A stretch of DNA of 64,000 nt from Neodothiora populina (taxonomy: Eukaryota): the NCBI RefSeq assembly GCF_041146345.1, contig NW_027191413.1, positions 2,976,001 through 3,040,000 of the forward strand, in the 5' to 3' direction. Positions 11,922-23,355 of the stretch are shown in pieces (positions within the stretch are counted from its first letter, which is position 1; each line of letters opens with the position of its first letter). A program made the position numbers and the translations under genes. Below the pieces are notes generated by a model. It was given only the letters and a program-made list of their open reading frames with translations, had not been told where the DNA came from and searched no databases.

Positions 11922-12935
11922 ATGGCCACCGTCTGTGTCAAGTGTTTCCTCACGTCTTGCATTGCACCTGCTGATATCCTATACCAGTACGACAAGCATA
12001 CCTCACGATACACAATCACTACGCGGTTCTCATCTGATCGAAAGTTCTCCATATCTCAGGTATAGCATTGACTCCATCCGGGTATCTATCCGCTAATAGA
12101 CAGGTAGACGGCACCATGCTCCCATGGTGACTTGATGGGTCGACAGGCCTTCTTTCTGGACCCTGAACTGTTACCAGAAGAACAGTTTCCATTGCTCCAA
12201 CTTCCCTGGGCCATACGAGTGATGATCTATGACTTAGTCCTACCAGTATGCGTGACTGTTAAAACAAGATCCCCCGTGGGCTGGCATCACATACCGAGGG
12301 TCAGGGACGAAAATTCTAGATTGGCAGCCCCTCATGGATGGAGGCGTGCGTGCTTTCTGTACACTTGCAAACAAATTCGCAACGAAACGATGCGAAAGCT
12401 CTACAGCCACAGTGATTTTGTGTTTCCCGACATGGTCACTGCAAATGCGATTCTGGGCGCACACATCGGACGAGATGGTCGCAACAGTATTCGCAGATTG
12501 GTGATAGAGAGTCCCGCTACAAACCATGTCAGAAGCCTCGCGCGCACAGTGGAGGGCGTCCACCACTTCACCAAGCTCCACGTCTCTGTATGCCCGCAAT
12601 CGTATCCACTCTCGCATGCCGGAACCTGGGACAGGCTTCAGAGGAAGTATGAGGGCTACACCATTAGTGTTGTGAGGCACTTTCATCGTATTTTCGCCCA
12701 GATCATCGTTCAGAGACGCGGTACCAATTTCTTCGACATAGTCCAAATCATGAGCTGTCCTGCGTGTTCTTGGTCGTACGACAATGCGAACAAAACGCCG
12801 ATCGACCCCGATGCCACGGATAGCGAGAAAGGTCACTGTCAAGACGGCGAGTGTATCTTCTATCGGAAGGTCACACGCCGCTTTAAACAAGAGCTTCACC
12901 GTTACGGGATCCCCACGATATCTCAGGACGGCTAA
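11922..12935 (+). CDS. Hypothetical protein with an F-box-like (FPLLQLPxxIRxMIY) motif
   Basis: ORF 12132-12935 carries FPLLQLPWAIRVMIYDLVL and FLYTCKQIRNE. A plausible first exon 11922-12059 joins in frame through intron 12060-12107 (GTATAG...CTAAT...TAG). Confidence 0.6.
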
Positions 12936-14248
12936 GCAGCGTCGAGCGGAGGAGGGAAAAAGTGGACGTCTCAGCGAAGTGACAAGACCTCCAGTTCCTC
13001 GGCGCGGCCTATTTGTCTGTGACGGCCATGTTGATAACGACGGCAAGTTGCATGGGAGAAAGGTCAAGAAGTGGTGGATATAGAATGCTTCTGACCCCTG
13101 ATATCTACTTGTGGCCGCGAAGGTCTCGGAAGCACCCGGAGACTGCCGAAATTCGCTCTCGAGCTCGGCGATGCAGCAGAATCAGATGGCTTCATTTTGC
13201 TAGTGACATGACCAAGGCTTGATGGCCTTTCAATGAAGTCTGTGATACATGTGGCGGGTCGAATACTTTTCCGTATAGCCCCGGACGACTTCTGTGTATA
13301 CCTACCCTATGTAGGACTTTGATGCAGCATACTGTATGTTACGATCAAGTCAAGGTCAGGAGATCAGTTTGTCGATGGCGATCGCACAACTGGGGTCTCG
13401 AACAAATGAAAGAGATGAGTGAATACCAAGAAGAAACACGAAGACTATGAGAAGCTTATTGTAATAGCTATAGCTGGGGAGACGCAGTAGTTCTTGCAGC
13501 GCCACCACCACCACCATAATGCAGGGTCCGGGGAGGAATCCGAGTTTGAGAATACGAAGCGCGGAGGCGGCACGGGCCTTTGGACATGTACCGCTCGGTA
13601 CCGCTCATGCTCCCCCTGAACCATTTTTTCTCTTATTCGTGCTGGGCAACTTTGCATAGGGTAAGGTAATCAGCACTGTACTACAGCAGGTATACAGTAG
13701 TTGATTCGGATTCCTCATAAAGTTGAGCTCCGATCGCCTGATGCTATTGAGCAGCGGCGAGGGTGCATGTATACCACTGTAAGTTCTCATTCAACTCAAT
13801 CGAGCAAGGGCCGAGCCTAGACAGTCCTTCTTCTATTTTTAAATGCCCAAACAAAGGTCGTGAAGAACAAAGCATGCTTCCTTTCTGTTATCATAGCCAC
13901 TGGCGGTGCAGGCGCCATGACGTGGCGCTGGCCGACTCGATGCACGTTCAATGCACCTTCCTTTATGGATGAAACATCCAAGACTGGACAAGACAAACAA
14001 GTCACCGTACCAAGTCACTATAATTCTTCTATTTTGACTCTGGAGGATCTCCCTTTACCCATCCTATATCCTCTTCTTAATTACTATTTCTCTTCTTCAT
14101 CATCCACCTCCTGATCTTCCAACGTGAGTCGCCCAAAAGAGCGTCAATCGGGCCATGCACGTTACATAATACAAAACACATCACACAAGTCATATGCGTA
14201 TTTCGGTATAGTCCTAGCCTGGACCACGGCAGGCAAGCAAGAAAAAGG

Positions 14249-15781
14249 ATGGCACCGAATGCTTCCGAAAAGGCAAGAAGTATCGGTAGCAGTCATACCG
14301 TGCCCACAATGATGGAGCCACCACTCGAGCGTGAGGCGACATGGCGAGCACACGACATGGCCGCTCCCGGCCGTATACCGACGGCGCACTCGTTGGAATT
14401 GGATGATTACTTTGCCGGACCACGGGACATGCAACGACACTCGAAACTGCCGTATTTCATGCGTCTGCACGGCAGCATCTTGCCCAAGATGATCATACCG
14501 CTGGCAATCGTCGGAGCATGGGCCACGCTGATCACTTGCATCTCGAGATTGGTGTTCAAGCTGGGAGTCAATTCCATCCTGCTCACCGTCTTGGGTTTCG
14601 TCGTCGGTCTGTCGCTGTCGTTCCGCTCGACTACGGCGTATGAACGCTACAATGATGGCCGCAAGTACTGGTCTCAGCTTATCATGACCTCTCGCAACCT
14701 CGCCCGGTTGATCTGGCTGCACATAGACGAGCGCTACGATGTATCGGAGGAGCAGGGCAAAGCCGATCTGTTGGCCAAGTTGACGGCAATCAACCTCATC
14801 AGTGCCTTTGCTGTTGCACTCAAGCATCGGCTGCGGTTTGAGCCTGCGACTGAATACCCGGATCTGGAGCCATTGGTTGCTCATCTCGACACGATGGCGG
14901 GAAGCGCGGATCAGGCGAGACTGAGGAGGAGCGAACGGACACCTTGGAAAGCGTAAGCACTTTACCTGACGCAGTCAGACAGCAGATGACTGACAGATGT
15001 CACCTTCAGCGCCGGGGAGTATCTAGGAATCCCGTTCGCAGAGTCAAACCCGCGCAAGCTGATCAAGCGAGCCGAAGACAACCTGGGCAACGTGCCCTTG
15101 GAGATCTTGACGCACCTGACAGCATACATTGACCACGCGATGAAAGGGAGACAGCTTAGTTTGCCAATCCACCAGACGTGGGCGATGAACAACATCGGCT
15201 CGCTGACGGATGTCTTGACGGGCACAGAGCGCGTGCTCAACACGCCCTTGCCAATCGCCTACACCATTTCCATCTCTCAAATCACATGGACCTACGTCAT
15301 GATTCTGCCGTTCCAGCTATACAACTACCTGGAATGGGTCACGATCCCGGGCACCATAGTGGCAGCGTACATCATTTTAGGTCTGGCAACGATCGGAAAA
15401 GAAATCGAGAACCCGTTCGGCAACGACGTCAACGACCTGCCGCTCGACCACTACTGCCACGAGATCGCAGCGGACATGGACGTGCTGACGGCGACTCCGG
15501 CCCCGGACATCGACGAGTTCGTCAACAGCGAGCGCAACTGGCCACTGTACCCGCTGAGCATGACGGGCTACGCGGGCTGGGAGAAGAGGAGCGTGGCGGA
15601 CATCCGAGACGCGCTGAGAGCAAAAGCGACGTCGGGAGCCAAGGCGGTGCAGAGCGAGAGGGCGCGACCGAACGGCGAAGGGGCGAAGTTGTCGCTGAGC
15701 CAGACGCAGACGCAGTCGCAGACGAGACCCGTGACGCAGCAGACGCGGACGCAGACCGAGGTGCACACCGACGCGGTCTGA
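14249..15781 (+). CDS. Bestrophin/UPF0187 (RFP-TM, YneE-like) anion channel
   Basis: LSLSFRSTTAYERYNDGRKYW, TERVLNTPLPIAY, GKEIENPFGNDVNDLPLD. One 57-nt intron (14953-15009) restores ...WKAAGEYLGIPFAESNPRK. Confidence 0.92.
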
Positions 15782-16549
15782 TCTGCTTCTCTGCATCTTC
15801 TGTTCTGCCCTCTATAGTGGTGAATGAATCAAAAGCGAGAGCAACATCGTACAGGGACAGGACAGAAACCAAAACAAAAGCGACATTGATATCCAAATTG
15901 ACGGAAAACATTAGCGTAAACACCAAAGGAATCACTACTACTGGGAAAACAGGCGCAAATGGTATAGCATAGCAGGACAGCAAGGGACAAGCACAGGGAA
16001 TGGCGCTTCTTTCTCCCCTATTTCTCTTTTCTGGAGTTTTTCTACATTTTCGAGTGATCCGACAACTCTCTTGTCTGTCAAGTTTTGAACCAAAGAACGG
16101 AATCCATCTCTTCAATCATCAGGTGCTTTCGTTTGTCTTTTGTCGTGTTCCTTTCTCCTGTCGTGTTGCAGTGGTTCTTGGGTTTGGGGTGTAAAGCGAA
16201 TATGACACTGTTCGGGAGCATGTTTTTCTTGGGTCTAAACGAGTCACGAGTATAAGGCGATAGAAGTTTGGCATGGGTAAGGCAGGAAAGGGTACAAGCG
16301 AGATTCTCGCAATATGGGATGTATGGTTCTCTCTCTTCCTTGACAAACAAAGGGAGGGGCGCGCTGGATGGAACTTCTATGGTTTCTGATTACACACGCC
16401 AGCTATACTCTCTCCCTTTTCTCTTTCATCTACGACGCTGCCTTTGCTGAATGGGAAAGAGCCTACCATGAGCTAGCTGTCGAATGGCGCTTTTCATTCT
16501 CTTTGCACGTGTCAGAAGAGTGGCTTCATGATGACAAGGAGCAAGTGGT

Positions 16550-18264
16550 CTAAGTCCACTTCTGGACGACGACGCCACCTCTCTTGAACTCGGACATGTC
16601 TCCCAGAACCAGACTCTTGTCGCTCAGCTCCTTGCTGGGGAAGGTGGTCATCAAAGCATAAGAGCGAGAGGTGCTGGCCGTGTTGGCGCGATTGACAAAG
16701 TCATAAACGTCGCCGATTGTGTGGGTTGTGTTGAAGCGGGACTGCAGTCTGGTGCCGTCGCCTAATCGGATCTGAAGCGTCACGATGGGTGCGGACTCGT
16801 CGACGGTGACTGTCGGCTGAGCCGAAGCTGGCGAAGAAGACGAGGGAGCGGCGGCGGCGGCGGCGGCGGCGGCGGCTGGTGGTGTTGTTGTTGTCGTTGT
16901 TGTTGCTGCTGCTGCTGCTGGTTGTGATGAAGACGAAGAAGCGGCTGGGGTCGGGCTGCCCAGACGCTGGCCGGAACCTCCAAAGGGCTTGTACTTTCTC
17001 TTGGGGGCGACGTAGTTTTGATCCTTGTGAGTGTCTAGCTGCAGATCCACCTCTTGACCGGGTTGAACATCGAGCAGAGCGAGCGGGGCTCTTCCCTGGT
17101 TGATCAGAGCCAGGACGGGAGCGTTGGCGGGGTCGTCGAAGCGGTGCAGCGGACCGTCGTCAATGGAGAAACCGTCGACCCACAGGTGAAGAGTGCGCTC
17201 GACTCGAGGCGGGGCGGTGGGGTTGGAGGAAGATTGCGCCGAGGTGGCGTCGGGGTCGTCGATGACTTGCGAGGGAGCGTCGTCGCCACCGAGCGTGTGA
17301 GCGCGACCGGTAAAGGCCGAAGAGCGCTGGGGAGCTTCTGGTGCCGAGTCCTCGGCCTCGGGACGGGCAGCATTGCGTCTGGCTTGGTTGAGGAGGTTGT
17401 TGAAGTAGTCGGGAGTGCCAGAAGCGGGAGCGCCAGCGGCAGCACCTCCCCGTTGTCCTCGGTTGGGGTCTTGCACTGCCAGACCAGACTTCTCACCGCC
17501 GGCAAAGAAGTCCTGGGGGGCCTCGTCTTCGCTGTCGCTGCCGTCCCCGTCGTGCGAGTTTTGTAGATCGTGGATAGTCCTCATCCTGGCTGAAGGTGTG
17601 GAGGTCGGGCGGTTCTGTGGCGGTCTTGAGGCAGCTGGAGCGGCCGAAGAAGGCAGGGGTGGAGCTGCCGAAGGAGGTGGAGAAGTCGACGAGGTCGTCA
17701 GGTCGGTGAGGTCGTCTTGTTGCGGCGATGTGTGTTGTTCGTCTTGCGAGGCAAAGTAGAGAGTGACGGCGTCTTCGAGACTCCACTCTGTGTTCTCGAG
17801 TGCGCTTTGGGCCTTTGGCGAGAGATTAGTCAGATGGTGGCTGCCGAGTAAAGGTGGTGATATTGAGATGATGTCGGTGACAAAAAGGTTGTGTTGATGG
17901 GGAGAGAAGAAAAGGAAGTAAAGAGAGACAGAGGGATGGAGGGATGAAGCATGTGGAAAGTCAAAGATGCGCCTTCCCAGTCCAGCTGAGGCAGTTGCCT
18001 TTTTGTTACAGGAACAAGCGGCTTAACTCCGAAACCCGGACAGCAGCCAAACCTTTTCTGTCCCTCGGTCACTTTTGTTAATGTCCTCAAGATACATCTT
18101 GTCATGTTCTGCGTACGTCTCTACATGGAAAAGGATTCGCACAATCATATTTGAGATGAGACAAGGAGAAGTAGACAAGAGTGATGGAGAAGGCTTACTG
18201 TGGAAGATGTGGCTCCAGTGATGCCGCAGAAGTGAGCAATCAGCTCTTCGTGACTGCCGTCCAT
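16550..18264 (-). CDS. SHP1: UBA-SEP-UBX Cdc48/p97 cofactor (Shp1/Ubx1/p47)
   Basis: Exon 1 (18264-18199) MDGSHEELIAHFCGITGATSST, 386-nt intron 18198-17813, then AQSALENTEWSLEDAVTLYF (UBA), FFAGGEKSGLAVQDP, SEP domain LHLWVDGFSIDDGPL, FGGSGQRLGSP, and UBX LQIRLGDGTRLQSRFN...TTFPSKEL. Confidence 0.93.
16848..16921. repeat. Compound trinucleotide repeat (GGC)n/(TGT)n/(TGC)n encoding poly-Ala/Pro/Thr in the Shp1 linker
   Basis: Directly visible in the sequence. Confidence 0.9.
17949..18145 (-). ncRNA. Candidate intronic box H/ACA snoRNA in SHP1 intron 1
   Basis: On the sense strand: hairpin GGGACAG..GGCT..TCCG GGTTT CGGA..AGCC..TTGTTCC, H box ACAAAA, second hairpin AAAGGCA..TGCCT..AGGCG..TGACTTT, then ACA 15 nt after the upper stem. 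Flanked by pyrimidine tracts inside an unusually long intron. Confidence 0.55.
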
Positions 18265-18604
18265 TGTTTTGTTGTCTCTATTCTCTATTTTCATCTACCA
18301 CCAGAGGAAATGCAGTTGCAGATGAATGAATACTGTGTTTTATGGCAATATCACAGTAAGGCAATAATGGTGTTGGGGATATACTGTAGATACCTCAGAA
18401 GTAAGGTACAGTAAGGTAAGGTAGGTGACCCGAAACAGAAGCAGAAGAGACAACGTCACATGGCCCAAGCTTCACGTTCTTTCCATTTCACCTGGAGCTT
18501 CTGGCTGCCGGGCCATCCTCGGCTCGAGTGTTTACGACATTCATCCATTCGCTGCATCCATTCGTAGAGGTAATTGATTACTCGCAGAAGACAACAAGCC
18601 TGGT

Positions 18605-18650
18605 GGACTGGACTGGACTGGACTGGACTGGACTGACCTGACCTGACCTG
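18605..18650. repeat. Pentanucleotide microsatellite (GGACT)6(GACCT)3 in the divergent SHP1/MIM1 promoter
   Basis: Directly visible in the sequence. Confidence 0.85.
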
Positions 18651-18804
18651 GACATAACAGAGATAGCCATTTGTTTCTTTTCCATCTACTCCTCCTCTCC
18701 GAAGCAATCCATCCTCTGTCCGGAGCCTTCCCCTCCCACTCCCCCTCCGTCGCCTTTACCTCTCATCAGAGGCGACCTCTATATCTATAAGTCAACCAAA
18801 CGCC

Positions 18805-19266
18805 ATGTCTGCTTACAGCAACAACAATGGTCTGTCAGACTCGATGACGATCCCGTCGGACAGCGAGAATTACGATGCGCAAAACGACCTGTCCATGTCG
18901 GACGAGCACGAGGACTCTTCGGAATCCTCGCCCTCGCCCATGATTCTGTACTCTCCGCCGACCGTATGGGGACTCATGCGCGGAGCCGCCATCAACTTGC
19001 TGCTGCCCTTTGTCAACGGCTTGATGTTGGGGTTCGGAGAACTATTCGCCAATGAACTGGCTTTCAGGTTTGGATGGTCCGGCACAAAGGTATGCATAAC
19101 TCTATCACTTGTCATCTTTTTTTGTTGCTCATCTTCTACGATACAGGTGTTCCCCAATCACCGTGCCACGAGGCGTGTCGGGCCAGGTGTCGAGATGAGG
19201 GCGGATCCCGTCGAGCGAAGGCGGCGAAACGGTCAAGAGCTTGATGCCTTCACGAGTCTCGAGTAG
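18805..19266 (+). CDS. MIM1: Mitochondrial outer-membrane import protein Mim1/Tom13
   Basis: Conserved GAAINLLLPFVNGLMLGFGELFANELAFRFGW after an acidic N-terminus. In-frame 57-nt intron 19090-19146 (GTATGC...CAG). Confidence 0.9.
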   Translation: MSAYSNNNGLSDSMTIPSDSENYDAQNDLSMSDEHEDSSESSPSPMILYSPPTVWGLMRGAAINLLLPFVNGLMLGFGELFANELAFRFGWSGTKVCITLSLVIFFCCSSSTIQVFPNHRATRRVGPGVEMRADPVERRRRNGQELDAFTSLE

Positions 19267-19737
19267 CCGCTCTGTGTCCTTTTGCTGCCGTCTGTCTGAT
19301 ACCCAAAACAAAAAACATTCAAATCAATCTGTGTCTTGTTCTCTGACGCATCCCCCGTGACCTCTTGGCCTCTCTGGATGATGCCTGGACAAGGTATTGT
19401 CCTTTTCTAGTACCTGCACTTCTGACACGACTTGTGATATCGATCCTGAATACCAATCTCATCTAGAGTAGCAGGGGATAGACATGCCTACTGAGTGCTA
19501 GAGTCCATCATACTTGACTACAGGATAATCTGCCTATAGCATATCTGTTGCATCTCTCTTCGTGCTGTCTGTCTCTACATAATAAAAGGCCGAGGATCAG
19601 CCGCTAAGTCCGACTGACCAACTCCGTCTAAATCAACTTTTGTTCCTTCTTTGTTTAACAGTTAATTGTTCTTCATCCACTCTGCCAAAACCCAACAACG
19701 ACGACAAGTCCGAGAGGCGCTTCTCGCATCCGGCATC

Positions 19738-20161
19738 ATGTCTTCGCGACTCCTCAACATGAAGGTGAAATTCTTCTCCATCTTCCGCCTCTGTCACGGC
19801 GACTAACCCTTTTCTCAGTTCATGCAGCGGGCGGCGGCCTCGACTGCATCGTCGACGACTCCCACATCGCCCGCCACTCCCTCGTCAGACCGACCCTCGA
19901 AGCGCCAGAGACTGTCCACGGGCAGCGCCGTCGCCAGCAGTCCCGCCACTCCAATCACCGACCCGGACGAGATCAGGCGCCAACAGGCCATCGACAGAGT
20001 CGCCGCCGAGGCCGGCGAGACCAAATGGGTCCTCAGCGTGCAGCACGATCAACTACAACACGACTCTTGTTCAGCTACTCCCATGAGGATCGTCACGGCA
20101 GGCTACGGCGCCATTGACTCTGCGCCCTCTGCACACTTGGCCAACACTGTACGACACACCA

Positions 20162-20201
<40 letters not shown>

Positions 20202-20742
20202 AGAAGAAGACGACACGAGCGACGTCGAACAGACACATCAGGCACGACCAGCACTGCAGGGAAGACGAAGCTTTGGAAAATTCAACAAGGCTCTCGAGCG
20301 ACAACAGAACCCCGAAATGTCTTCGTCGTCATCAGAAGAGGCAGACTCGGACGATAACTCAGAGCAAGACTCGGAAGACGACGACGACGACGACCCCGTC
20401 TCTGCACTCGTCAAACAACAGCGCAAGGAAGCCGCCGACAAAATCAGACAGGAGAGAAAAGCGAAGAAAAAGGCCGACCAGGCCGAACTCGACCGACTGG
20501 CGAAAGAGAGACGCAAGAAGGAAGTCAAACTGAACAGATTAAGCGGCGGTGGAATCTCCTCGGGTGGTCAGAACTCTGGCGGCGGAGGCGCACGGAAAAG
20601 CGGCGGTCTCGCGGACATGGCCTGTCATAGATGTGGACAGAAGGGGCATTTGATCAAGGACTGTCCTCAGACGAGATCTTCTACGAGGACCGATACAGAT
20701 CGGCCGTGGAAGAAGCGAAGGTCTGACATCAGTTATGACTGA
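19738..20742 (+). CDS. Mpp6-like nuclear exosome cofactor with a C-terminal CCHC zinc knuckle
   Basis: Exon 1 MSSRLLNMK, intron 19765-19818, then FMQRAAAS. Motifs GETKWVL and GRRSFGKFN; knuckle CHRCGQKGHLIKDC. Confidence 0.75.
20163..20200 (+). repeat. (GAC)n microsatellite encoding poly-Asp
   Basis: About 12 GAC units, directly visible. Confidence 0.9.
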
Positions 20743-21496
20743 GAGGAATAAATAAACATAATGATGATGATGAAGATGAAGATACCATTCATCCACGGAG
20801 AGATACTTGGACTTGTTTTTGCCGTTTTCGTCATCTATGTGGGAAGAAATATGACATTCCCAGTGACTCTAGCAAGAAACTAAATGCATGTGCAGGCATA
20901 CATTCACACATTACTCATACATGCATACAACCATTTACCTCGAACCTTGTCAAATCAACAATCGACAACCCGAAGAAACAGGGCCTAGAGCGTTCCTTAA
21001 TGTAATAAATGCAGTTTAACCGGCCGGAGCTGAGTGCCGACCCTAACAAAGCGGGGGGAGGCCGCCTTCTCCAGCACGACAGACTCGACGTCTTTCAAAC
21101 ATCTATTCATCACTATTCATCACACACGGGCAATCACAACAACAGAAAACACACTGCGAAAAGTAATATAGCTCTCCCAATGATCAGCATCGAGAGAGCA
21201 AGTTTCTTATAGAAAGTATAGAAACCGGGGTGGAAGAAGAGATGAGAATTAAAAGGTGACACGAAGAGAAAACATCAACCTCCTTTCCACGCTCCTTTCC
21301 TCCTTCCCAAACAAACGCCTTGGGATCAGATCGGGTATAGAAGGAGAAAAGAAAAGTCCCTCCGTAGCGTATCCGTGTCGAAGCAGACCAGCAGTAGTGA
21401 CGGCAGCATGACACAGTCATGCTCCCGTAACCCCATCCGAAACCCCTTCGACACACACACGACATGGACCAAGCATCGCAGCGCGCCCGCGTCTGT

Positions 21497-23355
21497 CTAG
21501 TAGACACTGCCCTTGCGCTCGACATCGTTGATCAGCTCAGCGTTCAACTTGGCCCCGCCGGTGCCGCTGGTCATGCCGAGCTCTTGAGCAAACGTCCGGT
21601 GGGGTTTCCATCCCGCTGAAGTACGGGGGGTCGTCTCCTCCATCATCTTGTCGACTTGCTCTAGTGTGAGACCCTGTGTTGTATATCAGTCAATGCGCTC
21701 CTGCAAATCACAAATCAAAACAACGAAAACTCACCTTGGTCTCGGGCACAAGGAAGTAGGCATAGACAAACGCTGCCGTGCAAAGTCCTCCCCAGATGAA
21801 AAACACCGAGGATCTCAGGTTGCCCTCATCCTCGGACACCATGTATGGGGTAATGACCGAGATGATGGTGTTCCAGAGCCAATTGGATGCAGTCGAAAGG
21901 GCGACACCACGCGAACGGATGGGAAGCGGGAAAATCTCGCCAATCACAATCCATGCGCCAGGTCCCCAAGTCGAGGCAAAGAAGAAGATGAAGATCGCAA
22001 TAAACGCAATCTGTGCGTTGACAGCAGCCACGTTGTTGGCACGACTTTCAGTCTCGCCGTTGACGATAACATCATGGGTCTTGTTGAAACCGACGGTGAC
22101 GCCGATGATGGCCACGAGAAACTTTTTACATCAGTCAGCAGATGTCAATACATGTTTGATGGAAAGCGAAAACTGACCTGACAGATAAGCATGCCGAGTG
22201 CTCCCCACACAAGGAGTGGGCGACGTCCGACCTTCTCTACACTCCAGAAAGAGATGGGCGTCGAGCACACATTCACAAGCGTGAAAATCAGCGAGATCAA
22301 AAAGGTGTTGCTAATGGCACCAGTCGATGCTAAGAATGGCGTCGAATAGTAGAAGATGAAGTTGACTCCGGTCCATTGCTGCATCATCTGGAGCGAAGTA
22401 CCGAGAATGGTTCTTCTCAAGTTGGACTTTTGGTTCCAGAGACCCCCCTTGAAGCAGTTTGCCCAGCTAGAGAACCAACCGGAGCTTGGGATCAACTGGC
22501 GCTCGTACTCCTCGTTGGCAACAATCTCGGCCAGTTCGCTCTCGATATACTCCGACGAGGGATCTTGTCCACGAAGACTAGAGAGTGCAGCACGTGCCTT
22601 CTCCACACGACCACGCTTAACAAAGTAACGAGGCGACTCTGGCAGGAACATGAGACCGATGCCAAGGATCAGACCCCATGCGAATTGGATGGCGATTGGG
22701 ATACGGTATGAACCGGTGTCAGTGCGGTTGCGCACTGCGTAGTTGATGCATGCAGCAAGCAGCAATCCAATGGTGATACAGAATTGGTAGCCAGCAACAA
22801 GCGCACCTCTGACCTTACGGGGACAAATCTCCGACATGTAGAGGATAACAATCGCAGATTCAAAACCGACACCGATACCTGCGATCAGACGTCCTGCAAC
22901 AAGAAGTCCAAGGCCGTGGGACGCAGTCTGGAGGATGACACCGATGATGTAAATTCCGCAGCCAATGACAATGGTGATACGGCGGCCGATCATATCAGAA
23001 ACGTCACCAGCGATCAGGGCTCCGAAGAAAGTACCAGCAGACAGAATTGAGACGATAAGCGAGTTGTGAGAGCCGGTAAGTGTGTCACGGCTGGGGTCGA
23101 TGAGATGGATGAAGACTGCAGATCCAGTGACCCCGTTGATGTAACCAGAATCATAACCGAAGAAGATACCTTTGTGTTTGCTCGTCAGCAAGTCTCTAAG
23201 GATTATGCTTCTATTAACATACCTCCGAATGATGCGAATGCGCACATCAGGTAGGCTTTCCAGGTGACGGGAGCTTCGATGCGTTCGACATCGCTGGTGG
23301 TGTGGAGGATGACGCCGCCATCCTGGACATCCTTGACATCAGTTTCTCCTGCCAT
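21497..23355 (-). CDS. Sugar porter (MFS) monosaccharide transporter, high-affinity glucose transporter type
   Basis: IEAPVTWKAYLMCAFASFGG/IFFGYDSGYI, DMIGRR, YMSEICPRKVRG, PESPR, QQWTGVNFIFYY, EIFPLPIRSRG, VPETK. Three introns; ends DDVERKGSVY*. Confidence 0.95.

Noticed and set aside
12240..13067. 275-aa minus-strand ORF
   Set aside because: Antisense to the plus-strand gene that carries the F-box-like motif; no independent support.
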